Source: Candidatus Latescibacterota bacterium (lineage in GTDB: Bacteria > Latescibacterota > UBA2968). From it: a DNA stretch of 64,000 nucleotides. The stretch's first letter is position 1. The number at the start of each line of letters is the position of its first letter. The notes beneath the pieces are model-generated. The model did no database searches, was not told the origin of the DNA, and was given only the letters and a program-made list of their open reading frames with translations. A program made the position numbers and the translations under genes. The stretch spans positions 3,008,001-3,072,000 of the forward strand of contig OZ244960.1 in the NCBI GenBank assembly GCA_965222605.1, given 5' to 3'. This document shows, piece by piece, positions 60,215 to 64,000 of the stretch.

Positions 60215-61502
60215 GTGGAGATACCGCCTGAGTTTTGCGTCACGGCAGAGGGGAATACCTATGGCGGCGATATCCGGATGGGCGATCTTGAGGGAAAAGG
60301 GCGGGCGGACTTTCTGGTGTATCGGTCTGTTGACGATGCACATGACGGCGGGGGCATGAAGCCTTGTTTTCTCGGCGCTTTTACCGCGGATGGTGAGGTT
60401 TTGTGGCAGGTGGGAGAGGGTGGCGTCCAGCCCAGCCGGCCCGGTCCTGTCGCTATTTACGATATTGATGGCGATGGCGCTGAGGAAGTTATTTGCTTTT
60501 TCCTCGATCCTGCGGTCGAGGCCGATCCCGATTCGATGGCGAATGTTGTTGTTCAGATTCGGGACGGCGCGACTGGCGATCTCAAGCAGAAAGATAGTCC
60601 CGCTGAGTTGCGGGCGTGTCGGGGACAGGGGGCGAATTGGGTGCATCAGCGTATTATGATTGCCAATTTCCGCGGGACCGATGCCCCTCGAGATTTTGTG
60701 ATTAAGCTCGGGGGCAAGGTCATTGCTTTTGATGAGGATCTTCGAGTTCTTTGGACCTATGAAACCAAGTGGACAGAGTACAGCCGATGTCCCGCGTACA
60801 TTCCCTCGGTCGGAGATATTGACGGCGATGGCAGAGATGAGGTCAATGGCGGATATTTTTTATTAGATCACGATGGGACGGTGATCTGGGAAAACCAGCT
60901 TGGATGGAATATGGATTCGGTGGTGATCGCGGAATGGGATAATGGCGAGGTGCGCGCCATCTGTTCTGGCTTCGGGCATGTGATGGATCATTGCGGAAAT
61001 GTGGTTCTTGCGACTCGGCGAAGAGTTGGTTCCTCACGGTCAGGAGGTCAGAGTGGCGCGATTTAGCGCGTGCGATCCGTCTCCCCAGATGGTGATTCGA
61101 TATCAAGGGCACAATACGGATGTCATGGTCGTGGATACAAAGGGGAACTGTCTCAACGATTTCCGCCTTAACCCTTCTCCCAACAACACGGGTATGGAGG
61201 TCGTGTACTGGAATGGAGCGGACGCGCCTGCGCTTCTGTACAATGGTGGGATGCTGTGGCAGCCTCTTGAGGGGACCTCTATCCCACTGCCGGATCTTCC
61301 GGCACCCGAACCTGTTGGACGCATGGCCTGGTATCACTGCATTCCTGCGGATGTGTGCGGAGACGAACGGGAAGAACTGGTTCTGTACAATCCATGGGAT
61401 ACCGCCATCTATATTTATACTCCGCATCCCCTGGACGACAGTTTGTATCGTGGGATACCACCCCACTGCCCGAGACAATACAATGTCAGGTTGATGGATT
61501 AA
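60215..61502 (+). pseudogene. Frameshifted FG-GAP/rhamnogalacturonan-lyase-like beta-propeller gene
   Basis: DxDGDG Ca-binding motifs (YDIDGDGAEE, GDIDGDGRDE, ADVCGDEREE). Frame switch near 61010 joins NVVL to RLGEELVPHGQE. Confidence 0.7.
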
Positions 61503-61595
61503 GGACATCGTTCGGCAAGAAATCTATCTGGTTAATATTATCGTTTGGAGTTATATTTTAAGTCAGCAGAGCATTTCATACAAGGAGCCACAGAA

Positions 61596-61784
61596 ATGGC
61601 TGATTTACTTCAACAGGTAGTCTCAGAGATCCAAAAACTGCCAGCAGACCAGCGGGATGCCATTGCCGCACGTATTCTAACGGACCTGAAAGATGAGCAG
61701 GCCTGGACAGAACGTTTTGAAGCCACAACTGATGAGCAGTGGGATCGTTTGGCTGAAGGAGTAAGAAGGGAAATTGAAGTGTAG
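61596..61784 (+). CDS. Small antitoxin-like protein (addiction-module type)
   Basis: MADLLQQVVSEIQKLPADQRDAIAARILTDLKDEQAW...; RBS AAGGAG. No toxin gene follows. Confidence 0.6.
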   Translation: MADLLQQVVSEIQKLPADQRDAIAARILTDLKDEQAWTERFEATTDEQWDRLAEGVRREIEV

Positions 61785-61803
61785 CGAAAGGTGTAATCGG
61801 ACC

Positions 61804-62127
61804 TTATTTTTCTGAAGCCCAACGGACTCTTTCAAACCGTTGGGCTTTTTCTATCTTCAGGAGGAGGTGGGCAAGTAGGCTCTCTGCCGTTTCAAATGCA
61901 CTGGAAGATCGGCCCTCCCGCTCGTCTCGTTCAACTTCTCGCTCGCCTTTTTGCCATGACTCCAGCCACCAGTACTTCTGCTCTGGATCGATAAGACCTG
62001 CTTTAGCAGCCACGTTGACCTCTGCCTCGGTTAATCCTTTGGAATTAAGCATGTCCTCGTTGATGGTCTTGATCTTGTCTTTTGCCCGCGCGAGAATCCG
62101 CGTAGTATAGCTTGTTTTTTGGTGCAT
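61804..62127 (-). CDS. Antitoxin-like protein with AbrB-associated C-terminal motif
   Basis: IDPEQKYWWLESWQKGEREVERDEREGR resembles the QxWFWxxxWQxGERE tail of AbrB/MazE-type antitoxins. Start uncertain. Confidence 0.55.
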   Translation of the reverse strand: MHQKTSYTTRILARAKDKIKTINEDMLNSKGLTEAEVNVAAKAGLIDPEQKYWWLESWQKGEREVERDEREGRSSSAFETAESLLAHLLLKIEKAQRFERVRWASEK

Positions 62128-62210
62128 CTTGATTTCAACCCTTGTGGCATTGATAGGTGTAACAAAATGCTTGTCAACCATTTTGTTGACAAAGACGAGG
62201 AGCAATAACG

Positions 62211-63866
62211 TCACAATAAACACGTCTTTGCTTGCAGTTCATCGACGAGAACTTTCTGGTTTTCAGAGTAATCCACGGGCACTTCGACGACATGTACGCC
62301 GCCGTCGGCATAACATTGTTCCAGCAGGGAGACAGTCATTTCTGTAGATTCCACGCGATGCCCATGTGCGCCGTAGCTGTTGGCGTACATGACAAAATCC
62401 GGGTTGTTAAATTCCAGTCCAAAATCGGGAAGCCCCATCCCGTATTGTTTCCAGCGGATCATGCCGTAGGAATTGTCTTTTAAGATCAACACAACGAGAT
62501 TGAGGTTGAGTCTTACGGCTGTTTCCAATTCCTGGCTGTTCATCATAAAACCACCGTCGCCGCAAATCGCCATCACCTGCCGGTTGGGATAAAACCGCGC
62601 GGCTTCCATTGCCGAGGGCAGGCCCGCGCCCATGGTGGCAAGGGCATTGTCCAGCAATACGGTATTGGGCTGTGTGGTTGGGTAGTTGCGCGCAAACCAG
62701 ATTTTGTACACGCCGTTATCCAGCGCAATAATGCCGTCTTCGGGCATGACTTTGCGGACGTCCCAGACGAGGCGCTGTGGTTTTACTGGAAAGCTGTTGT
62801 CGTCCTCTCCCAGACGAATGTGTTCTTGAATCTGTTCGCGGATTCGCATGTAGTAGTCGAAGTCGTGCGAGGCTGTTTTGCCGGTTTTATCGGCAAGGCG
62901 CCGGATCGTATTTGCAATGTCGCCGACCACTTCCAATTGCGGAAAGTAAACATTATCTACCACAGCCGTTCCGAAGTTGATATGGATAACGCGGGTTGCC
63001 CCCTCGTCGTGTGACATGAAAAATGGCGGTTTTTCCACCACGTCGTGCCCGACGTTTATGATCAGATCGGCGCGTTCGATGGCACAATGGAGATAGTCGC
63101 CATCGGATAGTGCTGCGGTGCCCAAAAACAGGGGGTGGAGGCCGCCAACGACGCCTTTGCCCAGTTGGGTATTGAAAAAGGGAATGCCGGTTTTGTCGAG
63201 GAAGTGCGCCACAGATTCCCTTATGCGCTTGCGGTTGGTGCCCGCGCCCAGGAGCAGCAAGGGCCGTGTGGCTTCTTTGATCATTTTGACAGCATCGTCA
63301 ATGGCGCGTTCGTTGGCATCGCCGCGCATGCAGGTGCTGATATTAAAGACCGGTGTGGTGTGTTCATCAACTGGCTCTTCGGCAACATCTTCCGGCAATT
63401 CCAGATGCACGGCACCGGGGCGCTCTTCTTGTGCCAGACGAAATGCCTCCCGCACCATAGAGGGGATCATATCTACGTTGACAATTTGTCTGGTGTATTT
63501 TGTGAGGGGTTCCATCATACTCACGACGTCGATGATCTGAAATTGGCCCTGTTTGCTCTTTTTGATGGGCTTTTGGCCCGTGATCATGAGCAGAGGCATG
63601 CCGCCTAATTGGGCATAGGCGGCACCCGTCACAAAATTGGTCGCGCCGGGACCGAGTGTGGCAAGACAAACGCCCGTCTTGCCCGTAAGCCGTCCATAGG
63701 TCGCAGCCATAAACGTAGCGCCCTGTTCATGCCGCGTCAGAATGAGTTTGATGCTCGATTTGCGAAGGGCTTCCAAAAAGGCGAGGTTTTCTTCTCCCGG
63801 CACGCCGTAGATATACGCCACGCCTTCATTTTCCAATGCTTTGACAAATAGGTCCGAAGCGTTCAT
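62211..63866 (-). CDS. Acetolactate synthase large subunit (ThDP enzyme)
   Basis: Motifs GVPGEEN, RHEQGA, TLGPGATN and ThDP motif GDGGFMM...DN. Confidence 0.92.
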   Translation of the reverse strand: MNASDLFVKALENEGVAYIYGVPGEENLAFLEALRKSSIKLILTRHEQGATFMAATYGRLTGKTGVCLATLGPGATNFVTGAAYAQLGGMPLLMITGQKPIKKSKQGQFQIIDVVSMMEPLTKYTRQIVNVDMIPSMVREAFRLAQEERPGAVHLELPEDVAEEPVDEHTTPVFNISTCMRGDANERAIDDAVKMIKEATRPLLLLGAGTNRKRIRESVAHFLDKTGIPFFNTQLGKGVVGGLHPLFLGTAALSDGDYLHCAIERADLIINVGHDVVEKPPFFMSHDEGATRVIHINFGTAVVDNVYFPQLEVVGDIANTIRRLADKTGKTASHDFDYYMRIREQIQEHIRLGEDDNSFPVKPQRLVWDVRKVMPEDGIIALDNGVYKIWFARNYPTTQPNTVLLDNALATMGAGLPSAMEAARFYPNRQVMAICGDGGFMMNSQELETAVRLNLNLVVLILKDNSYGMIRWKQYGMGLPDFGLEFNNPDFVMYANSYGAHGHRVESTEMTVSLLEQCYADGGVHVVEVPVDYSENQKVLVDELQAKTCLL

Positions 63867-63878
63867 GCTTCCTCCGTG

Positions 63879-64000
63879 TTATGCGATGGGGACACTGCGT
63901 CCCTTCATTTTGTATTGGTTGAGCAGGTCGGTCAGTCGCGATACGATTTCGGGGTGTTGCGCGTAGAGGTTTTCGCGTTCTTCGTAGCCGATTTCCATGT
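63879..64000 (-). CDS. Probable sulfatase C-terminus (5' part outside window)
   Basis: Translates to ...EERENLYAQHPEIVSRLTDLLNQYKMKGRSVPIA*, a typical sulfatase ending. Confidence 0.65.
   Translation of the reverse strand, partial: MEIGYEERENLYAQHPEIVSRLTDLLNQYKMKGRSVPIA

Overview
Bacterial chromosome segment containing the replication-origin region. The core is rsmG-mnmE-yidC-rnpA-rpmH (minus), then dnaA (plus), then a DnaA-box-rich oriC at about 28.3-28.7 kb. The dnaN-recF-DUF721-gyrB-gyrA block is displaced about 19 kb away and points back towards dnaA. Around it are addB/addA, tmk, an S41 protease, several sulfatases and sugar-acid/polyol catabolic enzymes, GWxTD-like, PQQ-propeller and ankyrin proteins, a complete IS701-like element, a BrnT/BrnA toxin-antitoxin pair and a small accessory islet (ABC-type ATPase plus PD-(D/E)XK-like protein, an AT-rich ORF, a broken gene, orphan antitoxin-like ORFs). 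The gene repertoire suggests an FCB-group organism such as Latescibacterota; this is inference only. Most notable observations: (1) seven copies of a 26-54 bp hairpin mini-element (RCGGTGTACAACT-stem/loop-AGTTCA), two of them in the parS sites and one in frame inside the IS transposase; (2) a 47-aa GyrA C-gate-like helical insert in the S41 protease; (3) a second DnaA-box cluster around a perfect IHF consensus (datA/DARS-like) about 10 kb from oriC; (4) a candidate two-gene ATPase/nuclease defence module. No rRNA, tRNA or CRISPR array was recognised. All calls come from reading motifs by eye; no database searches were run.
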